NCBI GenBank assembly: GCA_965214935.1
Contig: CBDCCS010000016.1
Location: forward strand, 96,001-160,000
Source: Candidatus Velthaea sp.
Lineage (GTDB): Bacteria > Vulcanimicrobiota > Vulcanimicrobiia > Vulcanimicrobiales > Vulcanimicrobiaceae
Direction of reading: 5' to 3'
Length of the DNA: 64,000 nt
Below the pieces are notes generated by a model. It was given only the letters and a program-made list of their open reading frames with translations, did not search any database and was not told the DNA's origin. A program made the position numbers and the translations under genes. Within the stretch, counting starts at the first letter, position 1. Every line of letters begins with the position of its first letter. This document shows positions 1 through 10,016 of the stretch, in pieces.

Positions 1-1216
1 ACACGCGCCAGCGATCGCGTTCCTCGAGCGGAAGGTTCGCCAGCAGTTCCTCGCCGTAGCGCGCCGTTTCGGCTCGCGAGGTGAATTTCGTTTTGTGCGC
101 CGCAATTTCGCGATCGACTTGAACTTGCACCCACGGAACGGCCGTCGTCAGCAACGCCCCGAACGCCTCCCGGCCGTGTGCGCGGACGTACGTATCGGGG
201 TCATCTCCGGGCGGCAGTTCGACGATGCGCGCGTTGCAGCCGGCTGCACGCAACAGGTCGATCGACTTCGCCGTGGCCGCCATGCCGGCACCGTCGGCAT
301 CGAAGCACACGTAGACGTTTGCCGTGACTTTATGCAGCTCGCGTGCCTGATCGGCGGTGAATGCGGTGCCGAGCGCAGCGACGGTGTTCTCGAAACCCGC
401 TTGATGCAACGCGATGCAATCGAGGTAGCCTTCAACGACGATGACGGCATCGGCTTTTCCGGCAGCCCGCCGAGCCGCGTTTAGCGCATACAGGAAGCGG
501 CCCTTGGTATACACCGGCGTCGTCGTGGTGTTGAGGTATTTCGGTTCGTCGGAGCCCAGTGCCCGTCCGCCGAAGGCAATCACCTCACCCGTCGTTGCAT
601 ACGTCGGAATGATCAACCGCCCGCGATAGACATCGTAATATCCGCCGTTTTGCCCCGGCTTGAGCAAACCGGCCTTCACGGCGAGCGGCAGGTCGACGGC
701 GTTTGCGCGCAACTCGCTTACAAGCGCGTCCCAACGGTCGGGAGCGTAACCGAGTTTGAAACTTTCGATCGTTGTACGGCTCAGGCCGCGACGCTCGCAA
801 TACGAGCGCGCCGGCTCGCCGGCTGCATCGAGCAGTAACAACCGGTGAAAGAAGCTTGCTGCGACGGCGTTGGCATGATAGATCGCTTCTTTTTCGTTGC
901 GCGTTCGAGCCGCGGCGGGATTCTCAGCTTCGAGCTCGACACCGGCGCGCTTTGCTAAAACACGCAGCGCATCGGGAAACGTTAGGTTCTCCGAGCGGCG
1001 CAAAAAGTCGATCGCATCGCCGTGCGCATCGCAACCAAAACACTTGAAGAAGCCGCGCTCGGGATGCACGTGAAACGACGGCGTCTTCTCGGCGTGAAAC
1101 GGACACAAGCCGACAAGGCTGTTACCGCGTTTTCGCAGCGTGACGAAGCTGCCGATATAGTCCGCAATATCCGTCCGGGTGAGAACCTCACGCTTGACCG
1201 CGTCGTCGATACGCAC
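1..1216 (-). CDS. dnaG: DNA primase (N-terminal part; runs off the left window edge)
   Basis: Absent from the ORF track. Manual minus-strand translation from GTG at 1216 gives VRIDDAVKREVLTRTDIADYIG...GLCPFHAEKTPSFHV...FFKCFGC, the CHC2 zinc finger, followed by KYLNT and TOPRIM-type VEGYLD and CFDAD motifs. Confidence 0.96.
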   Translation of the reverse strand, partial: MRIDDAVKREVLTRTDIADYIGSFVTLRKRGNSLVGLCPFHAEKTPSFHVHPERGFFKCFGCDAHGDAIDFLRRSENLTFPDALRVLAKRAGVELEAENPAAARTRNEKEAIYHANAVAASFFHRLLLLDAAGEPARSYCERRGLSRTTIESFKLGYAPDRWDALVSELRANAVDLPLAVKAGLLKPGQNGGYYDVYRGRLIIPTYATTGEVIAFGGRALGSDEPKYLNTTTTPVYTKGRFLYALNAARRAAGKADAVIVVEGYLDCIALHQAGFENTVAALGTAFTADQARELHKVTANVYVCFDADGAGMAATAKSIDLLRAAGCNARIVELPPGDDPDTYVRAHGREAFGALLTTAVPWVQVQVDREIAAHKTKFTSRAETARYGEELLANLPLEERDRWRV

Positions 1217-1324
1217 GCTACGAGAATTCGACGCACCGAGCGAAACGACTCCGGTGCGGGCGACTATCGGCGCAAGCGGTAGTGAGACCTTGCACCGAAC
1301 GTTGATTGGCCGTAGCATCAAGTC

Positions 1325-2458
1325 ATGCGCTTGCATCGCGGATGGATATTCGTGCTATGCGTGTTAGCGCTGTCTGCCCCGAAGGTTGTCGCTCACACCG
1401 CAAGATCCGCGCCGGCAAAATGCCCGTGGCTGCCGAGCGGCCAACTTGCATTACATCGCCGGCAGCGGGCTCGTCATCTGCTCCGCTCAAACTGCAGTTC
1501 GGCTCACCCGGAGCGCCGACGTTACCGATCTGGTTTGGTCGAGCGATGCAACGAGACTACACTATGTCGTCGCCGGGCATCGCTTCGCTTACTACGTACG
1601 AACGAGCGGAGTGTGCCGCTCAAAGACGACTGCGGCTTTACCGCCTTTACGTCGTGCACGCGCTACCGGGGCCTCGATGGAACCATGCTACTCGTTTCGC
1701 GACCGCGCCGGCTCGTTGGCGGCACGGGCGTTGCGCCCGAGCGTATCACGTTGCGCGATAGAAGCCGCACGATAAGCCGGCAAGCCGATTCTCGGGGCGA
1801 CTTCGTGCCGCTCACGTTTCCGCAAGCGCAGCACGTGCTGCTTTTTCACGCGTCGGAAATGAGTGCGGACCAGTGGGTTGACGGCATGCCGCTGTCGGAG
1901 TTCGATTTCATTTACGGTGAGAGGCCGTTAGGCGTTCGAGTGCAGGGAGCGCGATCATGGGCAGCATTGTCGCCCGACGGCACATCATTCGTAACAACGA
2001 CGGGCGGATCACGCGAAGCGTATCGACGCAAAACGCTCGTGCGCTGCAATCTACTTACCGCTCGTTGCGGCGCTTGGCATCATCGCCGGGGATTCGTCGA
2101 GTTCGATCCATGGTCTCCCGATGGGAGACGCGTCGCCTTTATTCGTGCGGCTGAGGTCGGCGAAGTGCAAACGATGAGAAACCGTGGAACAATGGCCGAA
2201 CCTTGGGCGGAAGGGCGACGCTAAATTTCGACCTTAGCCGCATCAGAGATTGCGTCGGAGGCAAGCCTCACGTCGGTCACTCGCGTTGAGTCGCCGGCAT
2301 GGATCGGTACCGATCAGCTCCTCTTCGTGTCAAACGACAAGTTATTCGAGGTCGACTCACATGGCACGACGCATTTTCGCCTCGCACTGCATGTAAGTAC
2401 GATTGAAGCCTACTTTGGCGATACAAACACGAACGACCGATACGCTTGGCATAGCTAA
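1325..2458 (+). pseudogene. Disrupted secreted TolB/PD40-like beta-propeller protein
   Basis: Signal-peptide-like start. Propeller-like repeats (LVWSSDATRL, ALSPDGT, WSPDGRRVAF, PAWIGTDQLLF) are split across two frames, with a shift at ~1451 and a return at ~1610-1650. An in-frame TAA at 2222-2224 is followed by open coding to TAA at 2458 (...YFGDTNTNDRYAWHS). Confidence 0.6.
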
Positions 2459-2514
2459 CGGCGATGCCGATCCGAATGTGTGCATAGCACACCAGCCGCC
2501 GCGACTTCCGGCAG

Positions 2515-3846
2515 CTAATCGATCGAGAGCGTCTCCTCGTTTGCGTCGTAGGCGAAGAGTTCGCCGTAGCGTGCCCACTCGATCGCCGTATCGAATTGAC
2601 GCTTGGCCTCGGTCGCCGGATAATACTCATCGAGAATATCGAGGAAGAAATCCGCGCGCATCTTTTTGTTGAGCTTCTCGTTGAGCGTCTTGTAAATCGT
2701 TGCGACGATCGGCGCGTGCGCAAGGATCTGTTGCCGAAAGAGATCTTTGCTGCGCAGAATCGTCGTCGTCGCGTAATCGCGACCGACGTCGGTGATCGTC
2801 ACGTCGCCTTCGGCGATCGTCGCAAAGCCGAGCAGCCCGGCGGCGTCGAGAATACCAAGCAAGTCATCCATCGGCAAAGCGAGGCGTTCGGCAAGCCGCG
2901 CGATCTCGACGCTCGGTTCGCCGGTCTCAACGATCAATTCGAGTAAGCCGCTGATCGTACCGACGCGCACGTGCGGCAGCGCTCGTGCGTAAGGCGACCG
3001 GGTCGTCGCCGGAACGACGGCGCCTTGATTGGCGAGTGCGACGGACGGCCCGTCGCTGACTTCCATGTCCGGGTTCGTCATCACCGTGTACAAATATTCG
3101 ACCAGCACCTTGAAGCGCTCATCGCTGCGTGCGTGCGGTCGCGGCAAACCGATCGTTACCGCACCGCGCACGCGGCCCGGATTGGCGCCGAGCACGATAA
3201 CGCGGTCGGCTAAGAAAACGGCCTCTTCGATGTTGTGCGTGACGATCAGGATACTCTTGGCCGGGAACGTCCCGGCGTTCCAGAGGTCGTCAATTTCGCC
3301 GCGCAGATTTTCCGCCGTGAGTACGTCGAGTGCGCTAAACGGCTCGTCGAGAAACAGCACTTTCGGCTCGACGACCAATGCGCGCGCGAAGCCGACGCGC
3401 TGTTTCATGCCGCCCGACAGCTCCTTGGGATACGCGCTCTCGAAGCCGTCGAGGCCGACCAGGTCGATTGCTTTGAGCGCGCGCTTCGTGCGCTCGGTGC
3501 GACCGACGTTGCGTGCTTCGAGCCCGAGTTCGACGTTCTCGATCACCGTGAGCCACGGCAACAGTGCGAAGGATTGAAATACCATGCCGACGTCGGGGTT
3601 TGGTCCGGTCAAGACGGTGCCGTCGCTGATCACGGTCCCGCGCGATGCCGGGATGAGACCCGCCATGATCCGCAAGAGGGTGCTCTTGCCGCTGCCGCTA
3701 CGCCCGAGCAGCGCAACGACTTCGCCGCGGGCAACGGCAACGTTGACGTCACGCAGAACCGTAAACTCACCTTTGCCGTCCGGCAGCGGGAACGCTTTGT
3801 TGCAATGTTCGACGACGATGAGCGTGTCGTTCGGTGCGGCGATCAT
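2515..3846 (-). CDS. NitT/TauT-family ABC transporter ATP-binding protein with C-terminal AAA-associated domain
   Basis: GRSGSGKST, LSGGMKQR, LFLDEPF, VTH motifs plus a long C-terminal extension. Start placed at ATG 3846, overlapping the permease stop (ATGA). Confidence 0.9.
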   Translation of the reverse strand: MIAAPNDTLIVVEHCNKAFPLPDGKGEFTVLRDVNVAVARGEVVALLGRSGSGKSTLLRIMAGLIPASRGTVISDGTVLTGPNPDVGMVFQSFALLPWLTVIENVELGLEARNVGRTERTKRALKAIDLVGLDGFESAYPKELSGGMKQRVGFARALVVEPKVLFLDEPFSALDVLTAENLRGEIDDLWNAGTFPAKSILIVTHNIEEAVFLADRVIVLGANPGRVRGAVTIGLPRPHARSDERFKVLVEYLYTVMTNPDMEVSDGPSVALANQGAVVPATTRSPYARALPHVRVGTISGLLELIVETGEPSVEIARLAERLALPMDDLLGILDAAGLLGFATIAEGDVTITDVGRDYATTTILRSKDLFRQQILAHAPIVATIYKTLNEKLNKKMRADFFLDILDEYYPATEAKRQFDTAIEWARYGELFAYDANEETLSID

Positions 3847-5579
3847 AGATGGTACTTTCGCTCCGCCAATGCGTAAAGCCGTCGCCATAACAGACGATTG
3901 ACGCCGACGACGTAGATGCTCATCATGCCGACGCCCAGCGTGATACGCGGCCAGTCGCCTTTCGTGGTCGCCTCGGCGATATACGCGCCCAGACCGGTTG
4001 CGGTCAGTGTCGACGTTCCCCAGGTCACAACTTCCGATACGATACTTGCATTCCAGGCCCCGCCGCTCGCGGTAATACCGCCCGTCACCCATGACGAAAA
4101 AATGCCCGGCCCGATCAAGCGGCGCCAGCGCTGACGGCCCTGCAGACCAACGTCGTCGGCCATCTCACGCAAATCCGTCGGAATGCTCGACGCGCCGGCA
4201 ATCGAATTAAAGAGAATATACCACTGCGCGCCCAGCGCCATGAGTAACATGCTGCCGAAGTTGATGCTGATGTGAAAGCGGATGAAGGCGAGCGTCGCAA
4301 ACGGGAAGATAAAATTGGCTGGAAACGACGCCAAAAAAAGCGCGACGGGTTGCGCTAAACGCGCCAATCTCGGACTGAAGCCGATTGCAACGCCGATCGG
4401 CGTCCAAACCATCGATGCAAACACCAACAACACCATCACGCGCACGAGCGTAAGTGCGCCTAACCCGATGACGCGTCCGACTTCGCCGAGGCCGACGGTC
4501 GTTAGGATAAAGTGTAATGCGGTTACGAAAAGCGCAATAACGACAACGACGAGAAACATGTTGTAGGCGCGATCGGCGAGGCGAGCACGACGCGCATCGA
4601 ATGACGGCAGAGCGACGGGCAAGCGCAACGCCGAAAATAGCGCCGTTAGGCGATCGCCGGCCGGCGCGAGCGTCCGGCTCAACAGCGCGCTGACGCGCGA
4701 TTGACGGATGAGATCGTAGACCCATGATTGCGGCGATTCGGCCGCCGCGTTTTGTTCCAGCCGGAATTTATCGCTCCACGCAACGACCGGGCGCCAAAAC
4801 AGTTGGTCGATCAAGGTGATGACCACGGCCATCGTGAGCACGGCATAGCCGAGCGCCGGCATATTTTGCGCGGTCACGGCCGCGGCAACGTACGAGCCGA
4901 TTCCCGGTAGCGTATACTGCGAATTGAGCACGCTGATTGCCTCGCTCGCTGCGAGAAAGAACCAGCCGCCGCCGAAGCTCATCATCGCGTTCCAAATCAA
5001 ACCGATCATGCCGGCCGGCACCTCGAGCCGAATGAAGCGTTGCCACACCGGTAACCCATAGGCCGCGGTCGCTTCAGCTAAATCGGTCGGCAGCGTACGC
5101 AACGATTGGTAAAACGAGAACGCCATGTTCCACGCTTGACTCGTAAAGATCGCGAAGATCGAGGCGGCTTCTAAACCCAGCAGGCTTCCGGGAAAAAGCG
5201 CGATGAAACCGGTGACGGTTATCGATAGAAATCCAAGTACCGGTACCGATTGCAGGATGTCCAATAGCGGAATGAGGACGCGTTCGGCGTACCGGCTGCG
5301 CGCCGCCGCGTAACCATAGGCGAACGTGAACGCGAAGGATGCCGCCAGCGCAATAAACATGCGTAAGGTGGAGCGAGCCGCGTAATACGGCAAATTGTGC
5401 GGATCGAGACTGATCGCCGGGACGTTGCGCGGCGGCGTAAAACCAACGAAAGCGCCGGCACCGACGCGTGCAATGAGTGCAAGCAGCAAGAGCGCACCGA
5501 GAATGACGGCGACGTCCGCGAGACCAAAACCAACCGGCCGCCGCAACGATCCGGGGGCGGGAATCATACGCTGGATCAC
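3843..5579 (-). CDS. NitT/TauT-family ABC transporter permease (two fused permease domains)
   Basis: 578 aa multi-TM protein with LDILQSVPVL and two EAA-like loops; coupled to the ATPase. Confidence 0.9.
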   Translation of the reverse strand: MIQRMIPAPGSLRRPVGFGLADVAVILGALLLLALIARVGAGAFVGFTPPRNVPAISLDPHNLPYYAARSTLRMFIALAASFAFTFAYGYAAARSRYAERVLIPLLDILQSVPVLGFLSITVTGFIALFPGSLLGLEAASIFAIFTSQAWNMAFSFYQSLRTLPTDLAEATAAYGLPVWQRFIRLEVPAGMIGLIWNAMMSFGGGWFFLAASEAISVLNSQYTLPGIGSYVAAAVTAQNMPALGYAVLTMAVVITLIDQLFWRPVVAWSDKFRLEQNAAAESPQSWVYDLIRQSRVSALLSRTLAPAGDRLTALFSALRLPVALPSFDARRARLADRAYNMFLVVVVIALFVTALHFILTTVGLGEVGRVIGLGALTLVRVMVLLVFASMVWTPIGVAIGFSPRLARLAQPVALFLASFPANFIFPFATLAFIRFHISINFGSMLLMALGAQWYILFNSIAGASSIPTDLREMADDVGLQGRQRWRRLIGPGIFSSWVTGGITASGGAWNASIVSEVVTWGTSTLTATGLGAYIAEATTKGDWPRITLGVGMMSIYVVGVNRLLWRRLYALAERKYHL

Positions 5580-5712
5580 AGGGCGGCGACATCTGCGGGC
5601 TTGCTTGGCGGCGCGCCAGACTGTTCACCCTCGGACGTTACTCCCCTTGACCGGAAACCGTCGACGAACGTGCCCCATGACATCGCGATCGCACGGGCGA
5701 ATCGGGCTAGAC

Positions 5713-6945
5713 GTGACGGGCGCGAAGCGAATCTTCGATCCAATTCATCGCTTCATCGAACTTGACGCCGGCGAAGTTGCGCTACTCGAAGCGCCGGCGA
5801 TGCAGCGGCTGCGACGTCTGCGACAACTCGGCCTAGCGTATCTGGCTTACCCGTCGGCCGAACATTCGCGGTTTTCGCATGCGCTCGGAGCTTTGGCGAT
5901 CGGCACGCGGGTCATCGATGCCTTGTACGTGCACTCACCCGAGGCATTTGATTCCGCAGCGAGTTTTGCCGCACAACGCCGGTTATTACGCGCGAGTCTG
6001 CTACTGCACGACATCGGTCACGGCCCGTTTAGCCATGCATCGGAGAGCGTACTGGGCATCCGGCACGAACTGCGGACAGCCGGTATCTTAGACGCACCGG
6101 CCGTCGCCGCCGCGCTCGATGCACTCGATGTCGACCGTACCGACGTGCTGGCACTCATCACCGGAACGTCGTTGCGCTTTCCCGTGTTGCGCGAATTAGT
6201 GAGCGGTCCGAATCTCGATGCCGACCGGATGGATTACTTGTTGCGCGATGCGTATTTTACCGGTGTCGCGAGCGGCGGTTACGATAGCGAACAGTTAATC
6301 GCGTCGTTCCGTGTTTTCAACGTTGACGGACACGCCGAACTCGGAGTCGACGGCCGTGGTGTCGTCGCACTCGAGTCGTTCGTGCTTGCACGGTACATGA
6401 TGTTTGCCAGCGTCTACTTCCATCATACGACGCGGGCCTTCGAACGCGTGCTCGGCGAAGTTTTGCAACGCATGTGGCCCGACCCGCATGCTTTGGACGC
6501 TATTGACGAGTATCTCGCGTGGGATGATTTCCGCGTGCTCGACACCATTCGAGACGATCCGCATCCGGCGGCGCGCGCGTTGCGCGATCGCAAAACCTTG
6601 TACGGCTTGGCTGCGGAGTTCAATGCCGAGCACGATCTGGCGACCTACGGCGCTTGCGAGCGTGAGTTGCGCGCGCAGTTCGGTGACGCGGTTTGGAGCG
6701 ACTCGCAAGAGCAGCTGCTGCACCGCTTACCGCTGGGCGGCGACGGCAAACCCAGCGTCCACGTGCGCGTGACCGGCCGCATCATCGACGCCCGGCGCGC
6801 CTCGGACCTCATTGCGAAGCTTTCCGGAAAAGCCTATTGGCGGAAACTCTTCGTGCGTAAAGGCGCGGCTGATATCGAACGCGCGCGAGCGATCTGCCGC
6901 CAAATTATCGCCGAAGACATTCGTATGTCGCTGTTCGATCCGTAG
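5713..6945 (+). CDS. HD-domain phosphohydrolase (YwfO/SAMHD1-like dNTPase family)
   Basis: IFDPIH, QRLRRLRQLG, HSRFSHALG, LLHDIGHGPFSH, DADRMDYLLRD. Start GTG 5713 (ATG 5677 is an alternative). Confidence 0.9.
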   Translation: MTGAKRIFDPIHRFIELDAGEVALLEAPAMQRLRRLRQLGLAYLAYPSAEHSRFSHALGALAIGTRVIDALYVHSPEAFDSAASFAAQRRLLRASLLLHDIGHGPFSHASESVLGIRHELRTAGILDAPAVAAALDALDVDRTDVLALITGTSLRFPVLRELVSGPNLDADRMDYLLRDAYFTGVASGGYDSEQLIASFRVFNVDGHAELGVDGRGVVALESFVLARYMMFASVYFHHTTRAFERVLGEVLQRMWPDPHALDAIDEYLAWDDFRVLDTIRDDPHPAARALRDRKTLYGLAAEFNAEHDLATYGACERELRAQFGDAVWSDSQEQLLHRLPLGGDGKPSVHVRVTGRIIDARRASDLIAKLSGKAYWRKLFVRKGAADIERARAICRQIIAEDIRMSLFDP

Positions 6946-6957
6946 GCGCCGAGCGCG

Positions 6958-7959
6958 CTACACGCGGCGGCGCGATGTAGCCGTAAAGAGACCACGCAGC
7001 AACCCATCGCGGTCGAGGTCGTAGCGGCCGGCTAAGTCGTCGGCCTGCGCGATCGCCTTGTCGCAGGCTCGATCGGCGGCAGCTTGCGCGCCCAAACGAT
7101 CGAGGGCGGCAATAACGGCCTGCGCGTCCCGTTCGTCAAGTTCGCCGATGCGCGAGTAGGCCCGTTCGATAACGCTGCGATCCTTCGAGGCCTCTCCGTC
7201 AAGCGCCCAGACGACGGGAAACGACCATTTCCGCCGCCGGATGTCGGCGCCGCTGGGCTTGCCGGTTTCGGCGGTGGTACCCCACGTACCGAGGATATCG
7301 TCGCGAATTTGGAATGCACGGCCGTAAGCGCGGCCGAAAGCGCCATACGCGAGCGCACGTTCGTCGTCGACACCGGCCGCCCGCGCGCCTAATTCGCAAG
7401 CCGCTGAAAACAAAGCCGCCGTTTTACCGGCAATCATGTGCAAGTAGGCTGCAAACGTCACGAATTGCGCGGTCTCGAAACCGATGTCGAGGCCTTGCCC
7501 TTCGCACATATGAAAGTTCGCACGCTGTAAGCAGCGTTCCATCGACACTCGCCGTTCGGCCGGAATGTCGGCCGCACCCGAAAAGAGTGCCAGATAACTC
7601 ATCGCGCACATTGCATTGCCGGCCACGATCGCGCTCGGCACGCCGAAGCGCACCCAAAGCGTCGGACGGCCGTGACGAATCTCGTCCCGGTCCTCGATAT
7701 CGTCATGAATGAGCGAGTAATTATGCAGCAATTCGATCGCGATCGCCGGACCCTCGGAGTCACCGGGCCGGGCGCCTTCAATTTGCGCCACCATCAATAA
7801 AATATGCGGGCGCAGACGCTTGCCCCGCCGGCGGGATACTTCGCCGTAACCGAAATGCGCTCGCACCATCATTGCAATCGGCGCATCGCTTTGGCAGCGT
7901 AAGATCCACTCTTCGAGCCGATCTTCAAACGCCGAAAGCGCATCCGGTGCGAGCGTCAT
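6958..7959 (-). CDS. Polyprenyl diphosphate (FPP/GGPP) synthase
   Basis: GKRLRP, first aspartate-rich motif HDDIED..RHGRPT, GQGLD, KTAALF, FQIRDD; last gene of the hpnA-hpnH run. Confidence 0.92.
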   Translation of the reverse strand: MTLAPDALSAFEDRLEEWILRCQSDAPIAMMVRAHFGYGEVSRRRGKRLRPHILLMVAQIEGARPGDSEGPAIAIELLHNYSLIHDDIEDRDEIRHGRPTLWVRFGVPSAIVAGNAMCAMSYLALFSGAADIPAERRVSMERCLQRANFHMCEGQGLDIGFETAQFVTFAAYLHMIAGKTAALFSAACELGARAAGVDDERALAYGAFGRAYGRAFQIRDDILGTWGTTAETGKPSGADIRRRKWSFPVVWALDGEASKDRSVIERAYSRIGELDERDAQAVIAALDRLGAQAAADRACDKAIAQADDLAGRYDLDRDGLLRGLFTATSRRRV

Positions 7960-7972
7960 GCCGTTTCTCCGC

Positions 7973-8995
7973 TTAGTTCGAGAGCACCGACTTGAGCACC
8001 GATACGATATTTTGCGGACGCATCGCATCGATTGCGGCCGTCACTTCGTAGCCCGAATGTACCATGCAATCGGTGCATTTCGGATTGCCGCTCTTCTGAC
8101 CGTAGCTAGACCAATCGGTGGTATCGAGATACTCTTGCCATGTTTTGGCATAGCCCTCGCCGAGCAAGTAGCACGGCTTCTGCCAACCGAAGAGCGAGTA
8201 CGACGGCATGCCCCACGGCGTGCAATCATAGTCTTTATCGCCGGTCAGAAACTCGAGAAACAACGGGCTCGCGTTGAATTCCCACTTTGCTTTATTGCCC
8301 GACGTATACGGCGTCATGATCTCGCGGAACAAGTTCTTGGTCTGTTCGCGCTGTAAGAAATGCTCTTGATCGGGAGCTTTTTCGTACGGATAGCCCGGTG
8401 AAATCATCATGCCGTCGACTTTAAGCTCGTTCGTGGCGAAATCGAAGAACTCTTGAACGCGCTTGGGATCGGCACCGGCGAAGATCGTCGTGTTGGTGGT
8501 TACGCGGAAACCGCGCGCTTTGGCAGCTTTGATCGCTTTGACCGCGATATCAAAAACGCCGCCGCGATCGACGGCTTTATCGTGCTCGGGCTTGAGTCCA
8601 TCGAGATGCACGCTAAACGAAAAATAGGTCGACGGCGTAAATTTATCGAGGCTCTGTTCCAGCCGAATCGCATTCGTACAAAGGTAGACAAACTTCTTAC
8701 GCTTGACGAGGCCTTTGACGATCTCGTCGATCTGCGGGTGCAATAACGGCTCGCCGCCCGGAATCGCGACGACCGGCGCTCCGCATTCCTCGACGGCACG
8801 AAAACACTCTTCGGGCGAAAGATGCTTGCGCAGCACCTCGACGGGATGCTGTATCTTGCCGCATCCGCCACAGGCGAGATTGCAGCGAAAGAGAGGCTCG
8901 AGCATGAGGACGAGCGGGAATCGCTTTTTGCCGCGCAACCGCTGACCGATGAGGTACGAGCCGACGCCGACTGCTTGCTGGAGTGAAATGGCCAT
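7973..8995 (-). CDS. hpnH: Adenosylhopane synthase, radical SAM
   Basis: [52 protein letters not shown] are characteristic of HpnH; hopanoid context. Confidence 0.95.
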   Translation of the reverse strand: MAISLQQAVGVGSYLIGQRLRGKKRFPLVLMLEPLFRCNLACGGCGKIQHPVEVLRKHLSPEECFRAVEECGAPVVAIPGGEPLLHPQIDEIVKGLVKRKKFVYLCTNAIRLEQSLDKFTPSTYFSFSVHLDGLKPEHDKAVDRGGVFDIAVKAIKAAKARGFRVTTNTTIFAGADPKRVQEFFDFATNELKVDGMMISPGYPYEKAPDQEHFLQREQTKNLFREIMTPYTSGNKAKWEFNASPLFLEFLTGDKDYDCTPWGMPSYSLFGWQKPCYLLGEGYAKTWQEYLDTTDWSSYGQKSGNPKCTDCMVHSGYEVTAAIDAMRPQNIVSVLKSVLSN

Positions 8996-9002
8996 GCGAG
9001 GT

Positions 9003-10004
9003 TTACCGGTGGTCCTTTCGGGACGAATCGAGATAGCCGTGGTCCAAAAACCATTGAACCGCATCGGCCAGAGCGAGGGTTACATCGCTTTGCGGCAGGC
9101 CGAGCTGTGTAACGGCTTTTCGCGCGTCGTAGTACATCTGCCCCTTTGCCATGCGCACGCTCTCTAACGATACGTCCGGTTCACGCCCCAGCGGTGCTAA
9201 AAGGTACTCGCCGAGCGCCGCGTACACAAACGGCACGCTATGCGGGATACGCAGCTTTGGAACCGGACGTTTCGCGATCGGCGCGAGGCGAACAAAAATG
9301 TCACGCAGCTGCATATTCTCATTGCCTAAGATGTAGCGTTCGCCCGTGAAGCCGCGTTCGTAAGCAAGCCGGTGCCCCGCCGCGCAATCGCGGACGTCGA
9401 TCAGATTGAGGCCGGTATCGACGTAGCCGGGCATTGCGCCGCGAGCGAAGCGCAGAACGATATCGCCGGTCGGCGTCGGCTTGACATCCCACGGCCCGAC
9501 CGGCGTGCTGGGATTGACGATGACGACGTCCTGTCCGGAAGCCGCCGCTTCGCGTGCAACTTGCTCGCCCAAGAATTTAGATTTCTTATACACGCCGATG
9601 AGTTTGCCGACCGGACTTTGATACGTCTCGTCGGCGCTACCGCCGGCGCGAATACCAATCGCTGCAACCGAGCTGGTGTGGACGACGCGCGCGACGCCGG
9701 CGTCGCGAGCGGCGCGCAGGACGCAGCGTGTGCCCTCAACATTCGTTCGCATAACCGCGAGGCGATCGCGCCGCCACAGACTGTACAATGCCGCCACGTG
9801 AAAAACGGCGTCGCAGCCGCGCATCGCCGCACGTAAATCGGGCGCGAACAAGTCGCCAGGAACGCGCTCGACGTTCAAACCCGCTAACCCCGGGGGGTCG
9901 GCAGTGCGCAGCAGCGCACGCACCTTCCAGCCGTGCTCCAGCAGATCACGCACGACGTTAGTTCCAACGAAACCGGCTGCGCCGGTAACGAACGCGGTGC
10001 GCAC
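9003..10004 (-). CDS. hpnA: Hopanoid-associated NAD-dependent epimerase/dehydratase
   Basis: [40 protein letters not shown]; directly upstream of hpnH. Confidence 0.9.
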   Translation of the reverse strand: MRTAFVTGAAGFVGTNVVRDLLEHGWKVRALLRTADPPGLAGLNVERVPGDLFAPDLRAAMRGCDAVFHVAALYSLWRRDRLAVMRTNVEGTRCVLRAARDAGVARVVHTSSVAAIGIRAGGSADETYQSPVGKLIGVYKKSKFLGEQVAREAAASGQDVVIVNPSTPVGPWDVKPTPTGDIVLRFARGAMPGYVDTGLNLIDVRDCAAGHRLAYERGFTGERYILGNENMQLRDIFVRLAPIAKRPVPKLRIPHSVPFVYAALGEYLLAPLGREPDVSLESVRMAKGQMYYDARKAVTQLGLPQSDVTLALADAVQWFLDHGYLDSSRKDHR

Positions 10005-10016
10005 GCTAGCCTGAAT

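Noticed and set aside
5580..5660. yybP-ykoY (Mn) riboswitch-like AAGGGGAGTAAC upstream of the ABC permease (minus strand)
   Set aside because: The required 3' partner strand (GAGACCTT-like) is not visible, so P1 cannot close. An Rfam scan would settle it.
5395..5676. Long N-terminal extension of the HD protein
   Set aside because: Overlaps the opposite-strand permease; family similarity starts at KRIFDPIH.
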